NCBI RefSeq assembly: GCF_006345805.1
Contig: NW_021835282.1
Coordinates: 1 to 41,357, forward strand
Length of the DNA stretch: 41,357 nucleotides
Direction of reading: 5' to 3'
Source: Octopus sinensis
Lineage: Eukaryota
Shown here piece after piece: positions 1 through 12,000 of the stretch (position 1 is the first letter of the stretch; every line of letters starts with the position of its first letter). The translations under genes and the position numbers were made by a program. Below the pieces are notes generated by a model. That model ran no database searches. It saw only the letters and a list, made by a program, of their open reading frames with translations, and had not been told where the DNA came from.

Positions 1-59
1 AGTAAAAGAGTATACATGTGCGTGCGTCCGTTGTAGTGTGTGTGTGTTTTTTTTTGTAT

Positions 60-250
60 TCATGTTTGTCACCCCACTGCCGGTGGACAACTGGTTTTGG
101 TATGTTTACGACCATTTAAATTGGCGGTTCGTCAAAAAGTGATCGATAGAATAAAATATAAAACTTTTTTAAAATAAGTACGTGTTTCGATTTGCTTAAT
201 ACTTCAAAGCTGCGCCCTGCATAGCCGCAGTCGACGACTGAAACAAATAC
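60..250 (+). mobile_element. Diverged 3' half of SINE family A (CORE-type tRNA-derived SINE with internal microsatellite)
   Basis: Degenerate match to the family 3' part (...ggcggttcg...gatagaata...gccgcagtc...gactgaaacaa) seen in younger copies such as 4811-5227. Confidence 0.7.
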
Positions 251-449
251 ATAATGAATCAAAGATGATACTAATACACAAACATTATAGTTATATGAAT
301 CACGGATTATACTAATCCTGCCTGAATCCCCCAATTAATCAAAATAAATTGTGAAGAACACCAAATAGCTGACATCAGTCCATGCTACGTAGATCACACA
401 CACACACACAGACTAGGTACACATCGAAAGGAAACTATCCAAATTAGTT

Positions 450-658
450 TCAAACTTTGGCACAAGGCCAGCAATTTCGGGGGCGAGTGTAAATCGGTTA
501 CATCGACCCCAGTGCTCAAATGGTACTTATTCTATCAACCTCGAAAAAATAAATGGCAAAGTCGACCTCCAGAACGGAATTTGAACTCAGAACGTAAAGA
601 AAGAGTGATGGAAATAAAGCTAAGCTTTTTTGCCCGGCGATTCTGCCAACTCACTGCT
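450..658 (-). mobile_element. Diverged SINE family B (tRNA-derived)
   Basis: Reverse complement resembles 27379-27609 and 31278-31472 (gttctgagttcaaattcc...gtcgactttgcc...taagtacc). Confidence 0.7.
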
Positions 659-1269
659 TTTAGATTTATATATTAGGGTAGGAGAACTAAGAGTTGTATC
701 AAGACATTGGACCGAACTACGTTTGTTCTCGGAATGAGACAAACAAGTGCAGTTGTTTGAGCGTCGACGATTTGACACGGTTGTCTGGACATTCAACCTG
801 TCCGAGTGCAAGAGGCTAACGCACCTACACATATGCACATGTGCGTACAAAAATATACAAATAGAGAGAGACATAGATATTGCACATAGGTGCAAGCATA
901 ACTAGATACTCACACCCATAAACAGAGAATGAGAGAAAAAGAGGAGGGAGGGAGAGATTGAGAGAAACGTTAAATTTTTAAAACATTTGCTGTCAAATGA
1001 GTAAGCATCGAACCAGCGACACCAACTAGGCGGCGCCAAAATGCTGTGTCAAAAACGTTCCACAGTTTTTTTTTTCGCATGGTGCTACTTTCTCAGATTC
1101 CCTCGATATACAACAACAACAATAACAAGTGATAATGTGTGTTTAGCTGAAAAATGTAGACCTGTTGGTGTTTATAAAAAAAGACCCACCCATGCTATAT
1201 ATCATAATATACGTCTACGCACTGATGTAAATGTAAGCAGCTCTTGGATTTGCCAAATATGCAGGGGGT

Positions 1270-1314
1270 ATGTATATATGCATATATAGATATATATATA
1301 TATATATATATATA

Positions 1315-1395
<81 letters not shown>

Positions 1396-1708
1396 AAAGA
1401 GAGAGGGAGAAAGGAGGGTGAGCGTATCCATTTTCTCTTGGTGGAAATGGATACGATAGGTGCATACACAGAAACTATGGTAATGGATATGAAATAAAAG
1501 AATTACCAACTTCTTGCTTCCTGTTATTCTCTCATACTATATATATATTAAAAGAGAGAGAAAGAGAGAGGAGATCGCACACACAGTCTCCTTTGATGAA
1601 AGAACAAGAGACGATGATAAGGGAAATATGGCGCCCTGCTCCTGCAAAGTGATTGAGAAATCACTCGAGAGAGAGAGAGAGAGAGAGCGGTGGGAAGGTG
1701 AAGAGGGG

Positions 1709-1750
<42 letters not shown>
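1270..1750. repeat. Cluster of (TA)n, (GA)n and (TG)n microsatellites
   Basis: Directly visible dinucleotide tracts. Confidence 0.95.
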
Positions 1751-1752
<2 letters not shown>

Positions 1753-2055
1753 GTGTGCACGTGCATTCGTATCTCGGCGCCCCACCTCCGTTATTTAAAC
1801 TTTCCCAGCCGCCATGATATTCTGATTCAGACTTAACGGAAAAGAAAAGTCAACTGGAAAGAACAACGGAGACACAAGGACGATATTGACAAGATTAAAT
1901 ACACGTCTGCAAAGTTTACATAAACTTAATAATTCATACAAATCATAAGCTAAAATATACTGGCTTGTCTGACTATCAGAGTACAAAAGTATTGGGTCTT
2001 TCTGTATGTAAACAGTAAACCTTTGCTCTAACCACCTACAATCGGATTTTCTAAG

Positions 2056-2243
2056 CACAGACACGCATATGGTCTTATACAAACATAAATATTTTAAATA
2101 TTCATTTTATAAAGCTAAAACAATGCACACACACAAACATATACAAGCACACACACATACAAGCACACACACACGCAAGTACAGACACGCATATGCTCTT
2201 ACACCTGTATAAATGTTTTAAATATTCATTTTATAAAGCTAAG
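2056..2243 (+). repeat. Two diverged direct copies of a ~60-bp unit separated by CA-rich sequence
   Basis: cagacacgcatatg...ttttaaatattcattttataaagctaa occurs at ~2058 and ~2181. Confidence 0.75.
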
Positions 2244-2293
2244 GGTTTTTAAAAATTGATAATACAGGTCGAAGACTAGTATTATTATCTAGT

Positions 2294-2332
2294 ATTTCAA
2301 TAGTTCAATGTTAAGATCCTTCTTCAGGAAAT
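2294..2332 (-). ncRNA. Degenerate minimal hammerhead-like relic in a Penelope-like fragment
   Basis: Minus strand atttc-CTGAAGA-a-ggat-cttaac-att-GAAC-tatt-gaaat; 5-bp stem I intact, GAAA and stem III damaged. Confidence 0.35.
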
Positions 2333-2552
2333 TCATGGAGACATCAGCTATGAACAACTTTTCTCCGTAAATTCCGTGGAGAATGGGCCATAAATCGGAA
2401 ATATTGAAGTACCAGGTAATAGTACTAACCATCGACATGCATTTTAATTTCTTACAACTTGAATTCTTAAAAAATACTTACCCCCCCTCCATATATATAT
2501 ATATATATATAGTTACAAATTGAGATAGGGGTTGCAAATGCAACCCTCTATG

Positions 2553-2580
2553 GGATAACGTATATCCAATATACTGCTAG
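2553..2580 (+). mobile_element. Helitron-like 3' terminus
   Basis: Hairpin ggata-acgta-tatcc followed by aatatactgCTAG|t; same ...tactgctag end as the Helitrons at 36701 and 38478. Confidence 0.5.
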
Positions 2581-2861
2581 TCAAGTACCCAACAAAGTTA
2601 TTACATAAATGTTAATGATTGCGATGCAATCAATTCATCTACTGTATTATATGGGCAAAGGTAAAATGATTTACCACAAATTACTACTTTTTTATGTACA
2701 TTCCTTTATGTACACTGATTTGTTCTGCTTTTTATATTTAACCCTACAGTCTCTTATGTGGAGGTTTAATAAAGTATGTGATTGAGTATTATCTGGTAAT
2801 TAATATTTGATTTAGTTGTATTTCTCCATTTTCTTATCTTGTATATATATATATATATATA

Positions 2862-2965
2862 TAAGGTTCGTTTTTTCAAGAACCGAAACATGTAAAATTA
2901 AAATTTATCTAATATAGTGGCGTTTTCAACTTCTTTTTTACAAAATATATAATATATATTATATA
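2862..2965 (+). mobile_element. Penelope/retrozyme-like fragment with the 3' half of a hammerhead motif
   Basis: ggttc-loop-gaacc-GAAAC-AT-GTA directly after a (TA)n tract; same family as 31505-31620 on the minus strand. Confidence 0.55.
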
Positions 2966-3077
2966 TATATATAATTATAATAAGGGTGTTGAATGATTGC
3001 AACACCAGTCTGCTAGAAATAGACCCCAAAAGGTCTATGAACCACTTAGAATTATTACTCCACATATATATATATAT

Positions 3078-3262
3078 AAGTGCAGGCGTGGCTATGTGGT
3101 AAGTAGCTTGTTTACCAGCCACATGGTTCCGGGATCAGTCCCACTGCATGGCACCTTGGTCAAGTGTCTTCTACTATAGCCTCCGGCCGACTAATGCGTG
3201 GTGAGTGGATTTGATAGGCAAAAGCTGAAAGAAACCCGGCGCGTTGTGTGGTGTGTGTGTGT
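3078..3262 (+). mobile_element. 5' half of SINE family A
   Basis: tRNA-like head (tggctatgtggtaag...ggttccgggatcagtccc) plus CORE-like accttggtcaagtgtctt. Confidence 0.85.
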
Positions 3263-3549
3263 GTGTTTTGAGTATCCCTTATGTTCGTTTACGGGAAACG
3301 TTTTGCATATACCGACTACAACCAAAAATTGCCAACTGGTAATACCAGTTTTGGTGGGTTGCACAGAGCATTGTTGATATAATGTAGGATAAATATAATA
3401 ATAACAATAACAAACCATGGACAGAATTTATATGTATTTTAACGCATTACTACGAAGTAATTAGTGCATGAACATGATCTGCCATGATCGCGTAGCAATG
3501 CAATAAAATATTTATAAATTCCATCAAAGGATTATTATTATTATTACTA

Positions 3550-4718
3550 TTGGGTTGTCTGGCAAGTTCGTGCCGATTTATAGCAGCTTACCTTTCGACT
3601 TATTTTAGAACATGGTTGAGTTCATAAAATAGGATTTGACTACACCTCACTTTAGAGCATAGTTTAAGCTATCTTTTCGTGGAAGAACGTTTATGTTCCT
3701 ATAACCTGTGTTAATTCTGTAACCCTTTAAAATGGAAGATAAGAAAGTTCATTTTCGGCATTTCATGCTTTTCTTTTTCTGTAAAGGGAAAAATGTCTCA
3801 CAAGCAACCAAAGAGATATGCGAAGTTTACGGTGATGTTTCTTCATCCGAAACAATTGTACGGAAGTGGTTCACAAGGTTCCGAGCTGGAGATTGTAGCC
3901 TTATTGATAAAGAGTGATCAGGCAGACCATCCACTACAGATGATGACCAAATCAAGTCATTATTTGAGAATAACCCACATTGCACAACCCGAGAATTGGC
4001 AGAAAGCCTCAACCTATCAAAATCCGTCGTTCATGAGCACCTGGTAAAGCTTGGTACACAAATCACTACGATGTTTGGGTACCACATGAGTTGAGTGAGA
4101 AGAACCTTCTGGATTGCATTTCCATCTGTGATTCGCTTTATAAACGGAATGAAAACGCGCATTTTTAAAACAAATTGTGACAGGTGATGAGAAATGGATT
4201 ATCTACCGAAATGTTCAGAGAAAGCGATCCTGGAGTAAGCGACATGAACCACCCATAGCCACCCTTAGCCACTCCAAAAGCGGATCTTCACCCTAAAAAA
4301 GTCTTGTTTTTTGTCTGGTGGGATTGGAAAGGAATTCTGTACAATCAGCTTCTCCCAAGTAACCAGACAATTAATTCTGAGAAATACTGCACACAACTGG
4401 ACGAGTTAAAAGCAGCAATTCAAGAGAAACGTCCGGAATTGGCCAACAGGAAGGGTGTTGTTTTCCAACATGATAATGCAAGACCGCACGTTTCTTCAGG
4501 AACCAGACAAAAATTGCTGTAGCTCGGCTGGGATGTGTTATCCCACCCTCTATATTTACCAGATATTGCTCTTTCGGATTTCCACTTATTCAGGTCTCTG
4601 CAGAATAGTTTTAATGGTAAAAATTTCAATTCCTTGGATGACGTAAAAATATACCTTGAATTTTTTGCCATGAAACCACCACAATTCTGGGAAGAGGGTA
4701 TTTTCAAGTTAAATCTGT
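3550..4718 (+). mobile_element. Mariner transposon (DD34D), 3'-truncated, transposase pseudogene
   Basis: TA then TIR ttgggttgtctggcaagttcgtgccgattt. Frameshifted transposase from 3732 with HTH (RKWFTRFRAGD), VTGDEKW, QHDNARPH and HPLYLPDIALSDFHLF motifs; no right TIR found. Confidence 0.93.
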
Positions 4719-4810
4719 TTCCATTACGGTTTTTATCTGTAATTTACAAGATGCGACTCTTTGCACCTAACGTGCATATATTTCGCACACACACACATAC
4801 ATATAAATAT

Positions 4811-5227
4811 AGGAGTGGCTGTGTGGTAAGTAGCTTGCTAACCAACCACATGGTTCTGGGTTCAATCCCACTGCGTGGCATCTTGGGCAAGTGTCTTCTG
4901 CTATAGCCCCGGGCCGACCAATGCCTTGTGAGTGGATTTGGTAGACGGAAACTGAAAGAAGCCTGTCGTATATATGTATATGTATATATGTATGTGTGTG
5001 TGTGTGTTTGTGTGTCTGTGTTTGTCCCCCGATGCTGGTGTGTGTTTACGTCCCCCGATGCTGGTGTGTGTTTACGTCCCCGTCACTTAGCGGTTCGGCA
5101 AAAGAGACCGATAGAATAAGTACTGGGCTTACAAAGAATAAGTCCCGGGGTCGATTTGCTCGACTAAAGGCGGTGCTCCAGCATGGCCGCAGTCAAATGA
5201 CTGAAACAAGTAAAAGAGTAAAGAGTA
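4811..5227 (+). mobile_element. Near full-length SINE family A
   Basis: tRNA-like head, CORE-like block, internal (TA)/(TG) tract, tail gaaacaagtaaaagagtaaagag; internal ~26-bp tandem duplication near 5026-5082. Confidence 0.92.
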
Positions 5228-5263
<36 letters not shown>

Positions 5264-5321
5264 ATATATATATTATATAATTAAATAAGGTAGAATAGAA
5301 TAGAAATTGATATTAATCAAT

Positions 5322-5405
5322 TAAAACCTGAGCGTCCAATAATACTATATTTGTTCCACGTCCTCGCGTTGTGTGTGTTTTTGTGCTTCCTTGTTTGGAT
5401 TAACT
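5322..5405 (+). mobile_element. Penelope-like repeat fragment
   Basis: cctgagcgtccaataatactatatttgttccacgtcctcgcgttg is the reverse complement of ~30545-30598. Confidence 0.6.
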
Positions 5406-5528
5406 ATATATATATATATATTATATATATATATAAAAAATATTATTCGAGACAAAACCACTATTTTGCAAAACAAACAAGGAAAGACTTAATCAATACA
5501 TAAATTTAATAAATAGTCAAAAAAACCG

Positions 5529-5570
5529 CCACTACAATCGTTCTTGTCTTGATCGACAATCTTCAGGTGG
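5529..5570 (-). ncRNA. Hammerhead copy with broken core
   Basis: Mirror of 5636-5678 but reads GAAC instead of GAAAC. Confidence 0.6.
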
Positions 5571-5635
5571 ACTTCCAATAATTCAGTGTCACTTCATAAT
5601 TTTACTTCATAATTTGACACTGAATTATTGGAAGT

Positions 5636-5678
5636 CCACCTGAAGATTGTCGATCAAGACAAGAAACGATTGTAGTGG
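5636..5678 (+). ncRNA. Minimal type I hammerhead ribozyme, canonical core
   Basis: ccac-CTGAAGA-ttgtc-gatcaa-gacaa-GAAAC-gatt-GTA-gtgg: 4-bp stem I, 5-bp stem II, 2-bp stem III, GUA cleavage triplet. Confidence 0.75.
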
Positions 5679-5870
5679 CGGTTTTTTTGACTATTTATTA
5701 AATTTATGTATTGATTAAGTCTTTCCTTGTTTGTTTTGCAAAATAGTGGTTTTGTCTCGAATAATATTTTATAATATTTTACTATAAAATCGATTTAATC
5801 CTAAATCTGATTTTTTTCCCTGTAAATTTGGATTTATTCCCTAATATTTTATTATTATATATATATATAA

Positions 5871-5924
<54 letters not shown>

Positions 5925-6287
5925 TTATATATATATTTATATATATATATATATATATAATATATATATATATATTATAATATATATATATATAATATAT
6001 ATATATATGTATATGTATATATATACTGTATATGGTTCTAAGATATCGTAAACCAAAGCACAAATGAATTCCTACCACCTTTGTGACTTTGGGGCCATCC
6101 TGAATTTTTCCCACTCCCTTCATTTAGCTAATCTCCATAGCTTTTCTTCATCATTTTCTTAATATACTCCAAATTGCTCCTACTTCAGTCACCTCTACCC
6201 CTACCACCCCAATACCTGTGAGCTTATCTCTTGAAAGATAATTTAACCACTTAACCTCGTGATATATAACCGTTTTATATTTTCTGT

Positions 6288-6511
6288 TACTCTTTTACTG
6301 GTTTCAGTCATTCGACTGCGGCCATGCTGGAGCACCGCCTTTTGTCGAACAAATCGACCCCAGGACTTATTCTTTGTAATCCCTAGTACTTATTATATCG
6401 GTCTCTTTTGCCGAACCGCTAAGTGACGGGGACAAACATAGACACACCAGCATCGGTTGTCAAGCGATGTTGGGGTACAAACACAGACACACATACACAT
6501 GCACACACATG

Positions 6512-6555
<44 letters not shown>

Positions 6556-7101
6556 CGCAGGAGTGGCTGTGTGGTAAGTAGCTTGCTAATCAACCACATG
6601 GTTCCGGGTTCAGTCCCACTGCGTGGCATCTTGGGCAGGTGTCTTCTGCTATAGCCTCGGGCCGACCAAAGCCTTGTGAGTGGATTTGGTAGACGGAGAC
6701 TGAAAGAAGCCTGTCGTATATATGTATATATATATATATGCATGTGTGTGTTTGTGTGTCTGTGTTTGTCCCCCTAGCATTGCTTGACAACCGATGCTGG
6801 TGTGTTTACGTCCCCGTCACCTAGCGGTTCGGCAAAACAGAACGATAGAATAAGTACTGGGCTTACAAAGAATAAGTCCCTGGGTCGATTTGCTCGACTA
6901 AAGGCGGTGCTCCAGCATGGCCGCAGTCAAATGACTGAAACAAGTAAAAAGAAAATATATATATATACATACATACATATATACGACGGGCTTCTTTCAG
7001 TTTCTGTCTACCAAATCCACTCACAAGGCTTTGGTCGGCCCGAGGCTATAGTAGAAGACACTTGCCCAAGGTAGCACGCAGTGGGACTGAACCCGGAACC
7101 A
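6288..7101 (-). mobile_element. SINE family A interrupted in its internal microsatellite by an opposite-strand copy
   Basis: 3' half at 6288-~6510 and 5' half at ~6980-7101, both minus strand. Confidence 0.85.
6554..6952 (+). mobile_element. Full-length SINE family A, nested
   Basis: Runs from ggcgcaggagtggctgtgtggtaag head to gaaacaagtaaaaag tail. Confidence 0.92.
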
Positions 7102-7734
7102 AGCTATATTTGTGTGAGTGCAAATCACTTATACTTTTTATCATCTCGAAATCTCGCTAAAATTCGCGTGAACAGATTGAACAAGAATACTTGATTGTAT
7201 AAGTAACCATTTTGCACTTTATCACTCACCCTCAGTCACAGTTTAGGTTTAGCTCGAATTCCAAAGAATACAGAAGCCTCTTTCTTTCTTTCTTTCTTTC
7301 TTTTCCTCCTGATAATTACATGATGTTTTCTTTACAATTTATGTTTTTCTTTTGATCTTTTATAATGTTTTTTTTTTTTCGTTTTCATCTATTTTATCTT
7401 CCTTCTCCCGAAGCAAACGCTTCTCCCTACTCATTTCCCCATATATTCTAACTAACGAAGCGCCTATACCACGCATTGTATCTACTCGGACGATCAATAA
7501 TGAAAAATTCGTGTTAACTAGATGTTTAGCGCCTGCATTTACAATCATCATGTGTGCGTGCGTGTATATATATATATATGCATAAATGTGCGCGCGCGTG
7601 TGTGTGTGTGTGTGTGTTTAGTATTCTGGGGTTTCGCTTGTGTTCACATTGTCATTAAGTTATGACTGAAAACTTGTTTAACAACTCTGTGAGCACATAG
7701 GCGAAACCCGAGGGTAGCAAAATAAAGGAAAGTG

Positions 7735-7960
7735 TGTGTGTGTGTGTGTGTGAGTGTACATATATATATATACACATGCATACATACATGCATGCATGCC
7801 TGCTTGCATGAATTTATATATACATACGTACATACATGCGTACATGCATGCATACATACGTACGTGCGTACATATATACATACAAATATACATACATACA
7901 AATATACACACATACATACATACATACATACAAATATACATACATACAAATATACACACA

Positions 7961-7994
<34 letters not shown>

Positions 7995-8150
7995 CATACA
8001 CACACACACACATACATACATACATACATACATACTACATACACATACACATACATACACACATACATACATACATACATACATACATACATACATACAT
8101 ACATAATACATACATACATACATACATACATATACACGTGCATACGTACG
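7735..8150. repeat. Compound (TG)/(TACA)/(CA) microsatellite
   Basis: Directly visible. Confidence 0.95.
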
Positions 8151-8776
8151 TGTTAATTACTTTGAAAGATGTGAGTACAAGCATTTGTGATGCTGATGCG
8201 AAAAGAAACACAAATTTCGGATACAATTGCCTCAAAATAATATTCCCTCGCATTTACCCAATATAATGTGAACTTATTCTCATGCTGTTCTCCTTTAGCA
8301 ACATATTTCTACTTTTCAGAGCTAAAAATAAACACTGCCTAGTGATTCTTGTCAAGGAACAACTACAGTATATCTGAAAGAGTAGCAACATTTTGGCTTT
8401 TTTTTTTTTTTGTCATCGTTTTCACATTTTTTCGTCTGTACTACCCCACTCCCATTACATTTGGCCAGATGTCTTTTTTTTATTTATTTATTTTTTTTTA
8501 GATATTTATACTTTAATATACATTATACACCTCTGCTTTTTGTCTCTTTGTATATAGCTTTTCAACCTGTCTTTATTCGCCATTAGCTGATCTTACTACA
8601 TTATCCCCACCGCAAACCTCTTTCTTCTGAAATTAAAGACAGTATTTTTAATCGACTCAGTTAATTAGTATTTCATTAAGTACTTTATATATGTATTTAT
8701 ACAACTCGATACTGACAGAATTTTAACTCAGAACATAAGAGGACCTCCCAGTCCCCGTTTTATCAGGAGACTCTAC

Positions 8777-9001
8777 TACCTATTTCTTTATTACCCACAA
8801 GGGGCGAAACATAGAGGGGACAAACAAGGACAGACATAGGTATTAAGTCGATTACATCGACCCCAGTGCGTGACTGGTACTTAATTTATCGACCCCGAAA
8901 GGATGAAAGGTAAAGTCGACCTCGGCGGAATTTGAACTCACAACGTAACGGCAGACGAAATACTGCTAAGAATTTCGCCCGACGTGCTAACGTTTCTGCC
9001 A
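8777..9001 (-). mobile_element. SINE family B
   Basis: Reverse complement of the ggcagaaacgttagcacg...gtcgactttacctttcatcctttcggggtcgataaattaagtacc family. Confidence 0.9.
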
Positions 9002-9390
9002 CTACCATCGTAGCAATATCTCTAGTATCACTTCGCACTTCTTCGACAAAGCTACCATTCTTTATACACCTGGATTTCGTAATGGCTTACATGAGAAACT
9101 GTTCATACTCCAGCAGTTGGTGGTGTCCATCAATAGAAAAACTGATACCATACTATTGTTATTGCCAAACATACGTCATGTTAATGACCTTCAAGCTATC
9201 GGCCTGGGTTTATACCATCCAGGCCTTAGTTAACCTACGCACAATGGAAGGGTACATGATCTGTAATGACAACCACTTCCTACGTACGACCCATGCTGGT
9301 CGCACAAATTCATACGTAAACGTTCATAACCATGCTAAAGATAGTTTTTTTTCTTTTTCTGTTGTTGATTGAAGCAACCCACAATATATA

Positions 9391-10470
9391 TTAGAATGGA
9401 GCGAAAAATGCAGCTTTCGAAATTGGTAACCAAGGATCGATATTTTGTTGCGTATTAGGGTTAAAAGAAGGGTGTATAAAGAACTTTGCGGTTAAATATT
9501 TTTTTCAGGCTCCGCAAACGCAACTGAAAATTTTTTAAATCGCTATTTTTGGGTCGAATTTTGGATTTCATGGATTATAAGTTGTAACAAATACATATTT
9601 CAACATAGAAGAATGCAAAACAGTAAATATAGCATCCTTAAGAGGTTGCGTACCAAGTTTCAATACAATTGACTAATATTTCAAGGTTCCGCATTGACTA
9701 TAAAGAGAACAGGTGTATGAACTTCTCTCCAATACCGCTGTAACGGTCGTTGCGTGTTGACGTACGTTGTACGTGTGTGAAGTTTTCTACTTTGTACCTT
9801 GACTTTAGGCCATTGTATTAAAATTAATGATCGTGTTAAATTTTGTGCCGTTTACAATTAGTAATGACTCATAAACCAATAACGCGCCACGATACTGAAT
9901 GCCCAATATTTGGTACTCCATGTGATCTTAGCGAGCGAGTTTTGCCAACTTACAAGGACGTACTAAAATGTGTTCTATTTGAATGAGAAAAAGAAAAGAA
10001 AGATCCTTCAATTAAGCAAATTGTCAAGACTGTAGCAAAAAAGATTATCCTTCTTGGGCAAAAGACATCCATCCCTTGTGTCAGTTAAACCGAAAATCTT
10101 AAACGATTATCGAGAGTACCAAACATTACTAAAATCTGTGAAAAATAGAAAAAAAATGTGCCATCGTTTCAAATAAAGTGTAACGTGTTGAAAAACAATG
10201 CAACAAAACATTTATTCGACATTTCCTCTTGCAAGTGCAACTTTTTTAAAAACTGCAGTTGTCGTAGAGACAAAAACGTACCACAGAGAGAAAAAGATTT
10301 TTTACAGGATCAACGGACAAATCGAAAAATGATCATTGGCGGAACAGAACAAGTAGTATCTAAACAGAACGGTCAGAGATTGATTAAAAAGAATCAGCCA
10401 AATCACAGTCGCCCTTCTACGTCAGCAAAGGAAAGTTTAAGATTTTCGGTTTATCTGACTCAATCGTAAC
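9391..10470 (+). mobile_element. Left portion of an unclassified DNA transposon with a decayed transposase N-terminus
   Basis: Frameshifted reading from 9864: MTHKPITRHDTECPIFGTPCDLSERVLPTYKDVLKC...LFDISSCKCNFFKNCSCRRDKNVPQREKDFLQDQRTNRKMIIGG. I recognise this Cys-rich pattern from invertebrate transposase-derived proteins but cannot name the superfamily. Confidence 0.55.
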
Positions 10471-10744
10471 ACAAGGGATGGATGTCTTTTGCCAAAGAAG
10501 AATTATCTTTTCTGCTACAACCTTGACAATTTGCTTAATTTATTTCAATGTGTGTGTAATCTCGACCTCTTGTAACAAATATATTCGGTGACCTAGTATT
10601 AAAAATAATAAAGAAAAAGTCGAAAAGTCTACTTATTTCACATAATTTCGAAATTCTGCTCTGGTTTCTTCTCTTATATTTTAGCCATTCTTTGTCACTA
10701 ATTTCCTCGTATAAAGTTGCTCCTCTATAGTTCGTAGTCTGGTA

Positions 10745-10995
10745 AGCTACATCATGGCCTCACTACTAGTGCTGGTGGCATAAAAAAAAAGCACCCAGTG
10801 CACATTCTGGAGTGGTTGGCGTGAGGATCGGCATCTAGCTATGAAATCCATGCCAATGCAAACACTGGAGTACAATGCAGTCCTTTGGAACATTGGACCC
10901 TGTCAAACTGTCCAATTCATATCAGTTTCAGCATGGATGATGCTGAAGACGATGATGATGACGACGACGACGACGATGATTATGATGATGATGAT
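10745..10995 (+). mobile_element. RTE-type LINE/SINE 3' UTR fragment with (GAT)n tail
   Basis: Similar to 12400-12650 (ggtggca...aaaaagcacc...ggcatc(t/c)agct...gatgatgat). Confidence 0.6.
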
Positions 10996-11022
10996 GGTGT
11001 AGGCTATAAGCTTGTGTGTGAA

Positions 11023-11197
11023 AGGCGTGGTTGAGTGCTAAGAAACTTGGTTCCCAAACACATGGTTCTAGGTTCAGTCCCACTGCATGGAACTTTGGGC
11101 AAGTGTCTTGCACAATAACCTCAGGCAGACCAAAGCGTTGTGAGCTGGTAGACGGAAACTGAAAGAAGACTGTCGTATATATGTATATATATATATG

Positions 11198-11280
<83 letters not shown>

Positions 11281-11535
11281 GTATGTATGTGTGTATTATG
11301 TATGTATGTATGTATGTATGTATGTATGCATGTATGTATGTATGAATATATGTGTGACTTTACGTCTGTGTTTGTCCCCCCACCCAACTTAGTGTTTCAG
11401 CAAAACGGACGGTTGAATAAGTACTTGGCCTAAAAATAAACCCTGGAATCGGTTTGTTCGACTAAAACCCTTCAGTGTGGTGCTCCAACATGGCTGCAGT
11501 CAAAGGAATTAAACAAGTGAAAGAATAAAAGAATG
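11023..11535 (+). mobile_element. Diverged SINE family A
   Basis: Head, CORE-like block, internal microsatellite and tail all recognisable. Confidence 0.85.
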
Positions 11536-11557
11536 AATGTGTATGATAGTAAGACAT

Positions 11558-11867
11558 AGTGGAGGCGCATGGCCTAGTGGTTAGAGTAGCAGACTCGCGG
11601 TCGAGAGACCACAGGTTCGAATCTCAGACCGGGCGATGTGTGTGTGTTTATAAGCGAAACACCTAAGCTCCATGCGGCTCTGGCAAAAGGTAATGGCGAA
11701 CTTCTGCTGACACTTTCGCCACAACTTTCTCTCACTCTTTCCTCCTGCATCTTGCAGCACACCTGCGACGGACCGGCGTCTCGTCCAGGTGGGTAACCTA
11801 TGCGCCAAGGAAACCGGGAAATCGGCTCTTATAAGCCAGGCATGGCTCGAGAAGGGAACAAACAACA
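11558..11867 (+). mobile_element. tRNA-derived SINE family C with 12-bp target-site duplication
   Basis: A box tggcctagtgg, B box ggttcgaatct; TSD atagtaagacat at 11546-11557 and 11868-11879. Confidence 0.9.
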
Positions 11868-12000
11868 ATAGTAAGACATGACAAGCAAGTATAGAGCATG
11901 GGATTTGTGATGATGAATATAGTAAATGTAGAAGGTTATATGATGTGTGTGTGTGTGTGTGTAGACACGAAAGTTATATGATGTGTGTGTGTGTAGACAC

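Larger units (their letters stand above)
5437..5770. repeat. Near-perfect palindrome, ~155-bp arms, 23-nt spacer
   Basis: 5437-5591 is the reverse complement of 5615-5770 apart from a 1-nt indel in the hammerhead core. Confidence 0.95.

Noticed and set aside
620-895. 91-aa minus-strand ORF in unique sequence
   Set aside because: No recognisable domain; it starts in a microsatellite and ends in a SINE
11558-11640. Possible tRNA gene
   Set aside because: A and B boxes are present, but it continues into a SINE body with a TSD and has no proper acceptor stem
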